Shown: in pieces, positions 1-8,565 of the stretch
Layout: every line of letters starts with the position of its first letter
Numbering within the stretch: the first letter of the stretch is position 1
Source: an uncultured Pseudomonadota bacterium
Lineage (GTDB): Bacteria; Myxococcota_A; Polyangia; Fen-1088
Assembly: GCA_963847705.1 (NCBI GenBank)
Contig: CAWKBC010000017.1
Location: 128,001-192,000 of the forward strand
Direction: 5' to 3'
Length of the DNA stretch: 64,000 bases
Made by a program: the position numbers and the translations under genes
The notes under the pieces: generated by a model
What the model was told of the DNA's origin: nothing
What the model saw: only the letters and a program-made list of their open reading frames with translations
Databases searched by the model: none

Positions 1-2
1 TC

Positions 3-1817
3 TCGGTGTCGTCGCTGCGGGCCTACGGGCTCAACGACGACCTGCTGGGGGAGATCGCCAGCGTGCGGGCCGGGGGGCTCACCTTCGCGCCGGAGGCCGG
101 CACCCAGCGGATGCGCGACGTGATCGCCAAGAACGTCACCGAGGCCGACATCATCGAGTCGGCCCACCGGGTGTTCGGGCGCGGCTTTTCGCGCATGAAG
201 CTCTACTTCATGATCGGCCTGCCCACCGAGACCGACGAGGACGTGCTGGGGATCGTGGAGACGGCGGCGCGCGTGCAGGAGATCGGCCGGCGCCACCAGC
301 GCGGCGCGCAGGTCACCGCCTCGGTCTCCACACACGTGCCGAAGCCGCACACGCCGTTTCAGTGGGCGGCCATGGACAGCGAGGCGGAGACCCGGCGCAA
401 GCAGGGCCTCTTGGCCGAGCGGGCGCGGGCGCTGCGCGTGAACCTCAAGATGCACGAGAACCAGCAGTCCCACATCGAGGGGATCTTCTCGCGCGGCGAT
501 CGGCGCGCGGGAGAGCTCCTGGAGGCGGCCTTCCGGCTGGGCTGCCGCTTCGACAGCTGGGACGACGCGCTGCGGATCGATCTGTGGGAGCAGGCGGTGG
601 CGGAGACCTCGCCGCGCACGGGGTTCGACACCGGGCGCCCGCTCGGGACGTTGCCGGTCACGGCGCGGCTGCCCTGGAGCCACATCGACATCGGGCTCGA
701 GCCGGACTTCCTGGCCAAGGAGTACAGGAAGGCGCTCAAGGATCGTCTCTCGCCCCCCTGCGGGAAGCCCTACAAGAAGCTCTTGCACCCGAGCAGCGTG
801 GCGGCGGCGGAGGCGGGCGCCAAGGACAAGCTCATCTGCTACGACTGCGGCATCGCCTGCGACCTCGACGCCATGAAGGGCGAGCGGCTCTTCTACCTGC
901 GCCGCATGAACGCCTGGGGAAGTGCTGACGTCGTGAGCGCCAGGCCGTCTGCCAGCTCCCCATCGGAATCCCAGGCGGCCGACAGGGAGAGCGCCCCCAT
1001 CGTCGCGCCGGCCAGGCCGCGACCCGTGCAGGATCCGACCCGGCCGCCGCCGCGGTCGGTGCAGGGGAAGCCGCACGGCTACCGCGTTCGTTACACCAAG
1101 CTCGGGCGCGTCATCTATCTCGGGCACCTCGATCTGGTGCGGCACCTGCCGCGCATCTTCCGGCGCGCCGGGCTGGAGATCTATTACTCCGTCGGGTTTC
1201 ATCCCAAGCCCGAGCTGTCGTTCGGGCCGGCGCTGGGGCTGGGGATCCCTTCGCTCGGTGAGATTCTCGACGTGAAGCTGGTCGACGATCTTCCGCCCGA
1301 GGAGGTTGCCCGCCGCCTCGCGCGCGTCTCGCTGGACGGGATCGACATCCTGGAGGTCGCCCGCGTCCTCGACAACGACCGCGCGCTCGGCCGGGTGATC
1401 ACCGAGTCGGAGACCATCGCCCAGCTGCCGGTCGGCACCGACCTGGCGGCCGCTCTGGCCCGCTTCGCCGGCGAGGAGCCGCTGCGGATCCTGCGCGAAT
1501 CGGACAAGGCGATCTCGCGCACCGTCGACGTGCGCAAGACGTTGCGCGCGCTCTCCCTCTTCGAGGACGCGGAGGCGCGGCGCCGGCTCGGCTGGGGCGA
1601 CGGCCCGATGATCTCGTTCGCGGTCTCCGTCAGCAACGAAGGGAGCGCCAAGCCGATCGAGGTGGTGACCACCCTCTTCGGCGCCGAGATCGCCCAGAAG
1701 ACCGATCTGGCCCGGCTGGCGCTCTGGGGCGAGGAGCGGACCGATCCGTTGCGCGTGAGCGAGCTTCGGCGGCGCCCCGTCGTCACGCGGCTCACCGCCG
1801 CGGCCGCGGCGCCGTGA
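3..1817 (+). CDS. TIGR03960-type radical SAM protein fused to a TIGR03936/DUF2344 domain (5'-truncated by the window edge)
   Basis: SLR..., GGLTFAPEAGTQRMRDVIAK, KLYFMIGLPTETDED, HVPKPHTPFQW and CYDCGIAC are typical of this radical SAM family. The C-terminal YRVRYTKLGRVIYLGHLDL...YSVGFHPKPELSFGPALGLG is the DUF2344 signature. Confidence 0.85.
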   Translation, partial: SVSSLRAYGLNDDLLGEIASVRAGGLTFAPEAGTQRMRDVIAKNVTEADIIESAHRVFGRGFSRMKLYFMIGLPTETDEDVLGIVETAARVQEIGRRHQRGAQVTASVSTHVPKPHTPFQWAAMDSEAETRRKQGLLAERARALRVNLKMHENQQSHIEGIFSRGDRRAGELLEAAFRLGCRFDSWDDALRIDLWEQAVAETSPRTGFDTGRPLGTLPVTARLPWSHIDIGLEPDFLAKEYRKALKDRLSPPCGKPYKKLLHPSSVAAAEAGAKDKLICYDCGIACDLDAMKGERLFYLRRMNAWGSADVVSARPSASSPSESQAADRESAPIVAPARPRPVQDPTRPPPRSVQGKPHGYRVRYTKLGRVIYLGHLDLVRHLPRIFRRAGLEIYYSVGFHPKPELSFGPALGLGIPSLGEILDVKLVDDLPPEEVARRLARVSLDGIDILEVARVLDNDRALGRVITESETIAQLPVGTDLAAALARFAGEEPLRILRESDKAISRTVDVRKTLRALSLFEDAEARRRLGWGDGPMISFAVSVSNEGSAKPIEVVTTLFGAEIAQKTDLARLALWGEERTDPLRVSELRRRPVVTRLTAAAAAP

Positions 1818-2581
1818 TCGAGACCGAGGGCCTCTCCAAGCGGTTCGGCGACACGCTCGCCGTCGACGACCTCACCCTGCGGATCGAGGCGGGCGAGGTG
1901 GTCGGCTTCCTCGGCCCGAACGGCTCGGGCAAGACGACGACCATCCGGCTGCTGATGGGCCTCCTGCGCCCGAGCGCCGGGCGCGCCTCGATCCTCGGGC
2001 ACGACTGCCACGTCGACGCGGTCGCGCTCAAGCGCGAGGTCGGCTACCTCCCCGACGAGCCGTTCCTCTACCCTTACCTGACCGGGCTCGAGACGCTGGA
2101 GCTGGTCGGCGGCCTGCACGGGCTCCCCACCGCCGAGGCGCGCCGCCGCGCCGCCGACATCGCCGAGCGGCTGGGGCTGGGCGCGGCCGCGCGTGGCTAC
2201 ACCGTGACCTACTCGCTGGGGATGAAGAAGCGGCTGGCGCTGGCGCTGGCGCTGATTCACCAACCGCGCGTGCTGATCCTCGACGAGCCGACCAACGGCC
2301 TCGACCCGGCCGGCGCCCGGCAGATGCGCGCCAACATCGCCGAGTACGCCGCCGGGGGGCGGACCATCTTCCTGTCGACCCACCTCCTCGACGCCGCCGA
2401 GCGGCTCTGCCACCGGGTGGCCATCATCCAGAAGGGGAGGCTGCAGGCGATCGGAACGCCCGACGAGCTGCGGGCCCGCTTCGCCGCCGCGCCGGGCACG
2501 ACGCTGGAGGATCTCTTCCTGCGCGTGACCTCGGACGACGCGCCGCCGGCCGAGAGGTCGCGCGCCGGCGGGGGCGGTTGA
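1814..2581 (+). CDS. ABC transporter ATP-binding protein (ABC-2/CcmA-like)
   Basis: Walker A GPNGSGKTT, signature YSLGMKKR, Walker B LILDEPTNGLDP, H-loop STH. GTGA overlap with the upstream gene. Confidence 0.95.
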   Translation: MIETEGLSKRFGDTLAVDDLTLRIEAGEVVGFLGPNGSGKTTTIRLLMGLLRPSAGRASILGHDCHVDAVALKREVGYLPDEPFLYPYLTGLETLELVGGLHGLPTAEARRRAADIAERLGLGAAARGYTVTYSLGMKKRLALALALIHQPRVLILDEPTNGLDPAGARQMRANIAEYAAGGRTIFLSTHLLDAAERLCHRVAIIQKGRLQAIGTPDELRARFAAAPGTTLEDLFLRVTSDDAPPAERSRAGGGG

Positions 2582-4773
2582 TCGCCGCGCCACCCATCGG
2601 CGCCGGCCCGCTGGCGGCGCTCCTCATCCGCTCGCGGCTCCGGTCGTTCCGCAACGGTCTTCGGGCGCGCGGGAGTCGGCGCACGCCGGTGCTGGTGACG
2701 GTCGGCGGCCTGGTCATCGCGTTCGCCTACGTGCTCCTCTTCGCGCAGGCGTTTTCCACGATCGTCCGAACGGTCGGCCTCCTCGAGCAGACGGCCGCGC
2801 TGGCGCTGGTGACCGGGACGCTGGCACTCGGCAGCTTGACCGCCAAGGCGGCCAGCAGCGAGGCGGTGCGCGCCGGCTCGCCGGAGAACGAGTTCCTGTT
2901 GGCGCGCCCGGTCTCTCTTCAGGCGCTGGTCGCCGCGCGCGGCTTCGCCGACGCGGTGACAGATCCGATGGGCGCGCTGTTTCTCTTCCCGGTGCTGGTG
3001 GCCGCCGCGCTGGTCTGGCGCCTGCCGCCCACGGCCTGGCTGCTGGCGGCGGCGATCTCCTCGGCGGTCCAGGTCGCCATTTCGATGCTCGCCTATGCGG
3101 CGCAGATCGCCGTGGTGCGGGTGGTCGCGCCGGCCCGGCGGCGTGGCGTCTGGATGGGTCTGCGCCTGGTGGGGGCGCTGGCGCTGGCGGCGGTCTGGAT
3201 GATCGGGACCTGGGTGCTGCGCGCGCCCGCGGCGCTGGCGGCCAAGCTCGCCACGATCGCCTGGTGGGCCAACCGCACCCCGGGGGCCCTCATCGTCGCG
3301 CCCCTGGCGGCGTTCGTTCGCGGCCAGACAGCGCTCGCTTTTGCCGCGCTCGGTCTGCTCTGGCTGGCTGCCGGGGCCGCGCTGCTCCTCGCCGTGGCCG
3401 TCGCCCGCCGCGCCGGCATGGGAGGCTGGGAGGAGGCCGGGGCCGCCTGGGCCGAAGCCGCTCCGCTTCCGAGCGGTCGGGCGCGCCCCATCACCGCGGC
3501 GACCAAGGACCTCCGCCTCATCACGCGCGACGGCGGGCAGGTGCTGGTGTTGATCGCGATGCCGGCGATCTTCGTGGGGATCCAGATCTTCGGCTCGGCG
3601 GGGTGGACCTGGTCGACCGCCAGCCTGGCGCGCATCTCCTGCCTGGCGTACTCGCTGGCGCTCTACATGGCCACCATCGGTCCGCTCACCCACATGCAGG
3701 CCGAGCGACGCGCGTTCTGGATCCTGCGGACGGTCCCGGTGCCCCTCGGCAAGCTGTTCGCCGCCAAGGCGCGCGCCTGGTCGGTGGTGGTGGGTGGAGC
3801 GGCGGCGATCGTGTTCGTGCCGCTGGCGCTGGTGATGCCGCCGGCCGGCGCCGGCGGGATCGGGAGCGTCGTCGTCGCGGGTTTTCTGGTGGTGGGCGGT
3901 GCGGTGTCGATGACCTTTCTGGCGATCGCGATGGCGGCGGGTGGCGCCGACCTGTCGGACGAGCAGACGACCGCGGTCGGCCCGGCGACGATCTACGCCT
4001 TCCTGTTGGCCGGAGGCCTTTACAACCTGGTCCTGACCGGCGATCCGCTCACCCGGCTGTCGGGTCTGGCGCTCTACCTGTTCGTCACCGGCGCTTACTG
4101 GGGAGCCGGCGTGGCGCGCGCCGAGATCTGTCTGGACGCGGAGGCCGTGCGCACGCCCCGCCTGCGGGCAGCCGACGCCGCGGCGTTGGTGCTCATCTAT
4201 GTGCTCGTCTCGCGCGGCCTCGGGATGGTGGCGGCGGCGGCGCACGTCGCGGTGGAGGGGGTGCGGCTCGGGTGGGCGGTGCTGGTGGCCCCGTTCGCGC
4301 TGGCGCTGCTCCGCCGCGCGCCGCCGCCGCCGGAGCGCCGCGGGCTGGCGGTCTCGGCGATCGGTGGCGGGATTCTGGGCGCGGCGGTGGGCCTGTTCCA
4401 GCGGAGGGCCGGGCCGGCCTTCGAGGGCATGACGATCCCGTACTGGATCGGCGCCGCCTTGTTTGTCCTGGCGGAGGAGGTCATTTTTCGGGGCGTCGTT
4501 CAGCGGTCGCTGGAGCTGGACCTTGCGCCGTCGGTGTCGACGTCGTCACCGGGGCGCTGGAAGGCGCGTCTTGCCGCCGGGGCTGTGACTGCGGCGCTCG
4601 GGATCGTGGCGCTCGCGATGACGATGGGCATCACGACCGGGCTCTCGACGGGCCGGCTGGGGTTGATGATCTCTCTTCAGGTCGCGGCCACGCTCGTGAG
4701 AGGAGTCACGGGGCGGGTGAGCGCTTCTGCGCTCGCGCGCGCAACCGGCCTGGCCGTTTGCACTTTTCTGTAA
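2578..4773 (+). CDS. Putative ABC exporter permease with a C-terminal degenerate CPBP (CAAX protease/Abi)-like region
   Basis: Many hydrophobic helices; FLLARPV and ILRTVPV...KLFAAK loops typical of ABC-2 permeases; EEVIFRG motif at 4474-4494; coupled to the ATPase gene. Confidence 0.75.
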   Translation: MIAAPPIGAGPLAALLIRSRLRSFRNGLRARGSRRTPVLVTVGGLVIAFAYVLLFAQAFSTIVRTVGLLEQTAALALVTGTLALGSLTAKAASSEAVRAGSPENEFLLARPVSLQALVAARGFADAVTDPMGALFLFPVLVAAALVWRLPPTAWLLAAAISSAVQVAISMLAYAAQIAVVRVVAPARRRGVWMGLRLVGALALAAVWMIGTWVLRAPAALAAKLATIAWWANRTPGALIVAPLAAFVRGQTALAFAALGLLWLAAGAALLLAVAVARRAGMGGWEEAGAAWAEAAPLPSGRARPITAATKDLRLITRDGGQVLVLIAMPAIFVGIQIFGSAGWTWSTASLARISCLAYSLALYMATIGPLTHMQAERRAFWILRTVPVPLGKLFAAKARAWSVVVGGAAAIVFVPLALVMPPAGAGGIGSVVVAGFLVVGGAVSMTFLAIAMAAGGADLSDEQTTAVGPATIYAFLLAGGLYNLVLTGDPLTRLSGLALYLFVTGAYWGAGVARAEICLDAEAVRTPRLRAADAAALVLIYVLVSRGLGMVAAAAHVAVEGVRLGWAVLVAPFALALLRRAPPPPERRGLAVSAIGGGILGAAVGLFQRRAGPAFEGMTIPYWIGAALFVLAEEVIFRGVVQRSLELDLAPSVSTSSPGRWKARLAAGAVTAALGIVALAMTMGITTGLSTGRLGLMISLQVAATLVRGVTGRVSASALARATGLAVCTFL

Positions 4774-4798
4774 TCAGGCAGAGGTTTACGATGGATCC

Positions 4799-6007
4799 AT
4801 GCGCAGTGTCGTCTCTTCGCATGGAGTGTCTGCGGCAGCCGTGCGCCTGGCACTGGGAGCGACCCTGGCGGTCGCCGTTTCGTTCGGCTGCAGTGTCGAC
4901 GAAACCGGTCTCGCGGCGACGAACGAGAAGCTCCAGCGTGACGGCGGAGCGACCGGTGGCTCCGCGACCACTGGCACCGGCGGCAGCATCGCCACAGGCG
5001 GGATCGTCGGCAGCGGTGGCAGCAACGTCGGTCAGGGTGGAACGCCCGCCACCGGCGGATCGAATGGCAGCGGTGGCGTCATCGGCGAGGGGACGGGCGG
5101 AGCGGCGGCCAGCGGGGGTGTGTCCGGGACGGGCGGCCTGGCCGGTGCCGCGGGCACGGGCGGCGTGACCGGAACAGGCGGCACGACGAGCACAGGGGGA
5201 GCCGTTGGTGCGGGCGGTACGCCCGGGACCGGTGGCACGGCAGGTGCGGGCGGCGTGACTGCGACGGGAGGTGCGCCTGGCGCGGGCGGCACACCAGGTA
5301 CGGGCGGCCTCCAGGGAACGGGTGGCGTGCAGGGGACGGGGGGCATCCCGGGAACTGGCGGTGGTGGCGGACCGAAGTGCGGTCCGGGGACCTGTGATGG
5401 CTGCTGCAACGCCGATGGGCAGTGCGTGCGCAACGTGACCGCCAAGCAGTGTGGCGGCGCAGGGGCCGCCTGCACCGCCTGCGCGCCGTGCGAGATCTGC
5501 TCGGGCTCTGGCTCCGGCGCGGCCAGCTGCGCGATCGATCCGAATTCTCAGTGGGCGATCGTCGCCGTTTCGGGGCAGGTCGCGATGACCCCGCCGGGGG
5601 GCGGGACCTGGGATCCGCCGCACGGAGACGAAGGGGGCTCGGCCCCGGATCTGTTCTGTGAATACGAGAATCCGGCTGGCGACGTCAGCCCCACCACCGC
5701 GGGCGTGACCGACACGGTCACCGACGTCTTCACCGCCAACTGGGACCAGACCATCACGCCGCCGGGCGTGACCGTCAGTGCTTCGGCCTTGATGGCCAGC
5801 AAGCCGGCCTGGCGGATCTGGGTCGGAGATGAAGACTGCAGCAGCCCGACCAAGTGTGGGACGTCGGGACAGATCGCCTGCTCGTATCAGCAGCCGATCA
5901 GCGCCGCGTCGTTGCTGAGCGGCGGAACGACGATCAGCAACTATCAGAGCTGCGTCGCGCTGACGCTGTCGTTCGTCTGCCAGGCGCCGAGCACGGCTGC
6001 GCCGTAG
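4799..6007 (+). CDS. Lipoprotein with Gly/Thr-rich stalk, Cys-rich module and C2-like C-terminal domain
   Basis: Lipobox-like SFGC after a hydrophobic stretch; (GTGGxx)n repeats; CDGCC...C cluster; PDLFCEY / T.TV.D...ANW / IWVGDED resemble C2 motifs. Confidence 0.7.
   Translation: MRSVVSSHGVSAAAVRLALGATLAVAVSFGCSVDETGLAATNEKLQRDGGATGGSATTGTGGSIATGGIVGSGGSNVGQGGTPATGGSNGSGGVIGEGTGGAAASGGVSGTGGLAGAAGTGGVTGTGGTTSTGGAVGAGGTPGTGGTAGAGGVTATGGAPGAGGTPGTGGLQGTGGVQGTGGIPGTGGGGGPKCGPGTCDGCCNADGQCVRNVTAKQCGGAGAACTACAPCEICSGSGSGAASCAIDPNSQWAIVAVSGQVAMTPPGGGTWDPPHGDEGGSAPDLFCEYENPAGDVSPTTAGVTDTVTDVFTANWDQTITPPGVTVSASALMASKPAWRIWVGDEDCSSPTKCGTSGQIACSYQQPISAASLLSGGTTISNYQSCVALTLSFVCQAPSTAAP
4943..5371 (+). 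repeat. Coding low-complexity repeat, roughly hexapeptide (G/A)TGGxx units
   Basis: Translation GGATGGSATTGTGGSIATGG...GTGGLQGTGGVQGTGGIPGTGGGG. Confidence 0.85.
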
Positions 6008-6063
6008 GCGGCGCCGTGCGGCTTTCGTCCCGGCGAAGGCTGAGCCGTCATTGCACTCGAGAG

Positions 6064-6164
6064 CCTCACCGAGGGCGGCCCCTCGCTGGTTACCCCAGGG
6101 CCTCACCGAGGGCGGCCCCTCGCTGGTCACCCCGGGGACCTCATCGGGGGGCGGGCCCTCGCTG
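6064..6164. repeat. Three tandem 37-38 bp palindromic (REP-like) units between convergent genes
   Basis: cctcaccgagggcggcccctcgctggt starts at 6064 and 6101, with a degenerate copy at 6139. Each unit holds a CGAGGG/CCCTCG-type stem. Confidence 0.85.
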
Positions 6165-6174
6165 CCCGAGAAGG

Positions 6175-6366
6175 CTAGGCCTTCGTGATGAAGCCGGAGC
6201 GGAGGCAGCGCGCGCAGACGCGGATGTGGCTGCGGGTGCCGTTGGCGAGCTTGGTGTGCACGCGACGCAGGTTGGGCCGCTGGATGCTCTTGGTCTTGAT
6301 GTTCGAGTGGCTCACGTTGTTCGCCACTCGTCGCCGCTTGTCGCAGACTTCACATTGCGCTGCCAT
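6175..6366 (-). CDS. rpmB: 50S ribosomal protein L28 (Zn-binding, CxxC...CxxC type)
   Basis: MAAQCEVCDK...NNVSHSNIKTK...PNL...VCARCLRSG. GGAGG SD upstream of the ATG at 6366. Confidence 0.97.
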   Translation of the reverse strand: MAAQCEVCDKRRRVANNVSHSNIKTKSIQRPNLRRVHTKLANGTRSHIRVCARCLRSGFITKA

Positions 6367-6407
6367 TTCAAATCCCTCCGGAAGGCGGGTACCTTTAGCA
6401 CTGGCCG

Positions 6408-8507
6408 ATGGGAATCGCAAGCGCGCGTCGCGCCCCGCCTGAGCTGGTCTGCCTCGCGCTCGCGGCGCTCGCTTTGGGGGGGGCCGGGGCCTGCCGGCGG
6501 CGGTATCAGCCACCCGCACCGGAGGCGCCGGTGGTCCCGGTGGCCGCGGCGGCGCGCCTGGCGGGGCAGGTCGTCGACGGACGCGCCCGCCCCGTCCCCG
6601 AGGCGCGGGTGCTGGCGTTCCGCATCACCGACGGAGGATTCGCCGGCCGCAATCTGGGAAGCGCCACCGCCGACCTCGAGGGACACTTCTCCCTGGATGG
6701 CCTGGCCCCCGGGAGCTATCGCGTGCTGGTGGAGGCGGCCGGCTTTCCCGCGGCCGAGACCTCACCCGTGACCGCGCCCGCGGCGGAGCTGGTCCTCCGC
6801 GTCGCCGGCGCGGGACGATCGATCTCCGGCCGGGTGACGCGTTCGCCGAACGATCCGGTCGCGGGCGCGCGGGTGGCGCTGGGTGCTGAGGGGGGAGGCC
6901 CGGGACGCGAGACCGTCAGTCGCGCCGACGGCCGGTTTGCGTTCAGCGGCCTCGGCGACGGGACGTACGCCCTCCGCGCGCTCCTCGGTGACGAGGCCTC
7001 GGCGACGGTTCGAGGAGTCTCTGCGGGTCGCGACGGCGTCACGATTCCCCAGCCCCTGGTCCTCGGGCGGGGCGCCAGGATTGGCGGGCGGCTCGTCCAG
7101 GACACCGGCGCCGGCCTGGCCGGATTCGAGGTGCGCGCCGAATCTTCCGCGCTGCCGCCCGGCGACGATCCGCTGCCGCTGGTCGCGCAAGCCGACCAGG
7201 CGGGCGGGTTCACGCTCGGGCCGCTGGCGGCCGGCGGCTACCGGGTGACCGCGGCGCGGGCAGGCTACGTCCTGCGCCGTGCGCCCACCGTGACGCTCGC
7301 GGCGCGCGACGGCGGTGAGGTGGTCGTCGACCCCGCGCGCGGCGAGACGCCGCCCCTCCGGCTCGAGCTCCTGCGCGGTGCGCGGGTGGCGGGGCAGGTG
7401 ACCGATGCGCGGGGCGCTCCCGCCGCGTCGGCGCACGTGCGCTGCGTGGCGAGCGCCATGGATGATCTGACGGTCGAGGCCGGGCCGCTGCCGCTGGCGG
7501 CCGAGGCAGCCGCGCTCCCCTCGGGCGCAGGACGGTCGCTGGGCAGCACCCGGAGCGCGATCGCCGATGCCCGCGGTCGGTTCACCGTCGACGATCTGCT
7601 CCCGGGCCGCTACCGCGTCGAGGTGGCGCACGCGGGCTCGGAGCCGCTGCTGACCGACGAGCTCACCTTGGCGCCGGGCGAGCGGCGCGAGCTCGGGGCG
7701 CTGGCGCTCCGCGACGGGTTCCCGATCGAGGGGCGTGTCATCGACGACAGCGGGTCTCCGATCGAAGAGGCGCGCGTCGCCGGCGGCGGCGGCGATTCCG
7801 GCCTCTCCGCGGTGACCGACGGGGCCGGTTCGTTTTCGCTCGCGCTTCCCGCCGGACACCACCGTCTGACGGCGAGCGCGCCCGGCCACGGCGCCGCCAG
7901 CACCGAGGTGGACGTGCGGCCGGGCGCCCCCTCCCCGGCGATCACGCTGCGGCTGGCGCGCGCCGAGGCGATCCTCGAGGGGCTGGTCCGCGACACCGGT
8001 GGGCGTCCGCTCGGGCGCGCGCGCCTTCTGGCCTGGCCGCGTGAGGGCGGCCAGGGGAGCGGCGGCGACCCTGCCACGTCGCTCGGGAGCACCTCGGCCG
8101 ACGTGGGCGGACACTTCCGGATGCCCGATCTCCCGGCAGGAGAGCTGCGGCTCGAGGTCCAGCACCCCGACTACCCGCGCGTCACGGTGGTCGCGACCCC
8201 GGGACAGTTCGCTTCGCTCACCGTGCCCTTCCCCGGCGGCATCGCGGGCGAGGCGCACGCGCGGGGGACAGGCGCACCGGTGACGCGCGGGCGGATCGAC
8301 GCGGCCGGGCCCGAGGGCGCCAGGGCGAGCGCGGAGCTGCAGCGTGCCGGAGCGTTTCGCCTCCCGCGGCTCGCCCCGGGGCGCTGGCGGCTCAGCGTCT
8401 CGGCGCCCGGATACCGCCCGACGGAGCAGGAGCTGGACGTCCCGCCCAGCGCCAACCTCGGCGAGCCGTCGGTGCGCGATCTGCGCGTCGACCTCGATCC
8501 GGTTTGA
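6408..8507 (+). CDS. Lipoprotein with multiple carboxypeptidase-regulatory-like (CarboxypepD_reg) beta-sandwich repeats
   Basis: Signal ending GAGAC; repeated G.V.D..G.P...A.V....D..G.F....L..G.Y...A...GY units. Exact start uncertain. Confidence 0.85.
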   Translation: MGIASARRAPPELVCLALAALALGGAGACRRRYQPPAPEAPVVPVAAAARLAGQVVDGRARPVPEARVLAFRITDGGFAGRNLGSATADLEGHFSLDGLAPGSYRVLVEAAGFPAAETSPVTAPAAELVLRVAGAGRSISGRVTRSPNDPVAGARVALGAEGGGPGRETVSRADGRFAFSGLGDGTYALRALLGDEASATVRGVSAGRDGVTIPQPLVLGRGARIGGRLVQDTGAGLAGFEVRAESSALPPGDDPLPLVAQADQAGGFTLGPLAAGGYRVTAARAGYVLRRAPTVTLAARDGGEVVVDPARGETPPLRLELLRGARVAGQVTDARGAPAASAHVRCVASAMDDLTVEAGPLPLAAEAAALPSGAGRSLGSTRSAIADARGRFTVDDLLPGRYRVEVAHAGSEPLLTDELTLAPGERRELGALALRDGFPIEGRVIDDSGSPIEEARVAGGGGDSGLSAVTDGAGSFSLALPAGHHRLTASAPGHGAASTEVDVRPGAPSPAITLRLARAEAILEGLVRDTGGRPLGRARLLAWPREGGQGSGGDPATSLGSTSADVGGHFRMPDLPAGELRLEVQHPDYPRVTVVATPGQFASLTVPFPGGIAGEAHARGTGAPVTRGRIDAAGPEGARASAELQRAGAFRLPRLAPGRWRLSVSAPGYRPTEQELDVPPSANLGEPSVRDLRVDLDPV

Positions 8508-8524
8508 GCTCCGTTGTCAGTCCC

Positions 8525-8551
8525 GGCTGCGCCTCGCCCCCAGGCGCGGCC
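8525..8551. terminator. GC-rich hairpin between convergent genes (possible terminator/stabiliser)
   Basis: ggctgcgcct / aggcgcggcc 10-bp stem with one G-U pair; no clear U-tract. Confidence 0.45.
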
Positions 8552-8565
8552 CGGCCGATGAAAAC

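Noticed and set aside
4747-4762. Sigma54-like GG...TTGCA upstream of the lipoprotein gene at 4799
   Set aside because: GG-to-GC spacing is 11 or 6 nt, not the required 10.
4943-5371. Collagen-like or ice-nucleation repeat
   Set aside because: Periodicity is about 6 aa with GG pairs, not Gly-X-Y or the 16-aa INP repeat. It is a common myxobacterial flexible linker (also at about 47760-47900).
6064-6164. Possible mini-CRISPR array
   Set aside because: Units are tandem with near-identical short linkers rather than unique spacers, and no cas genes are in the window.
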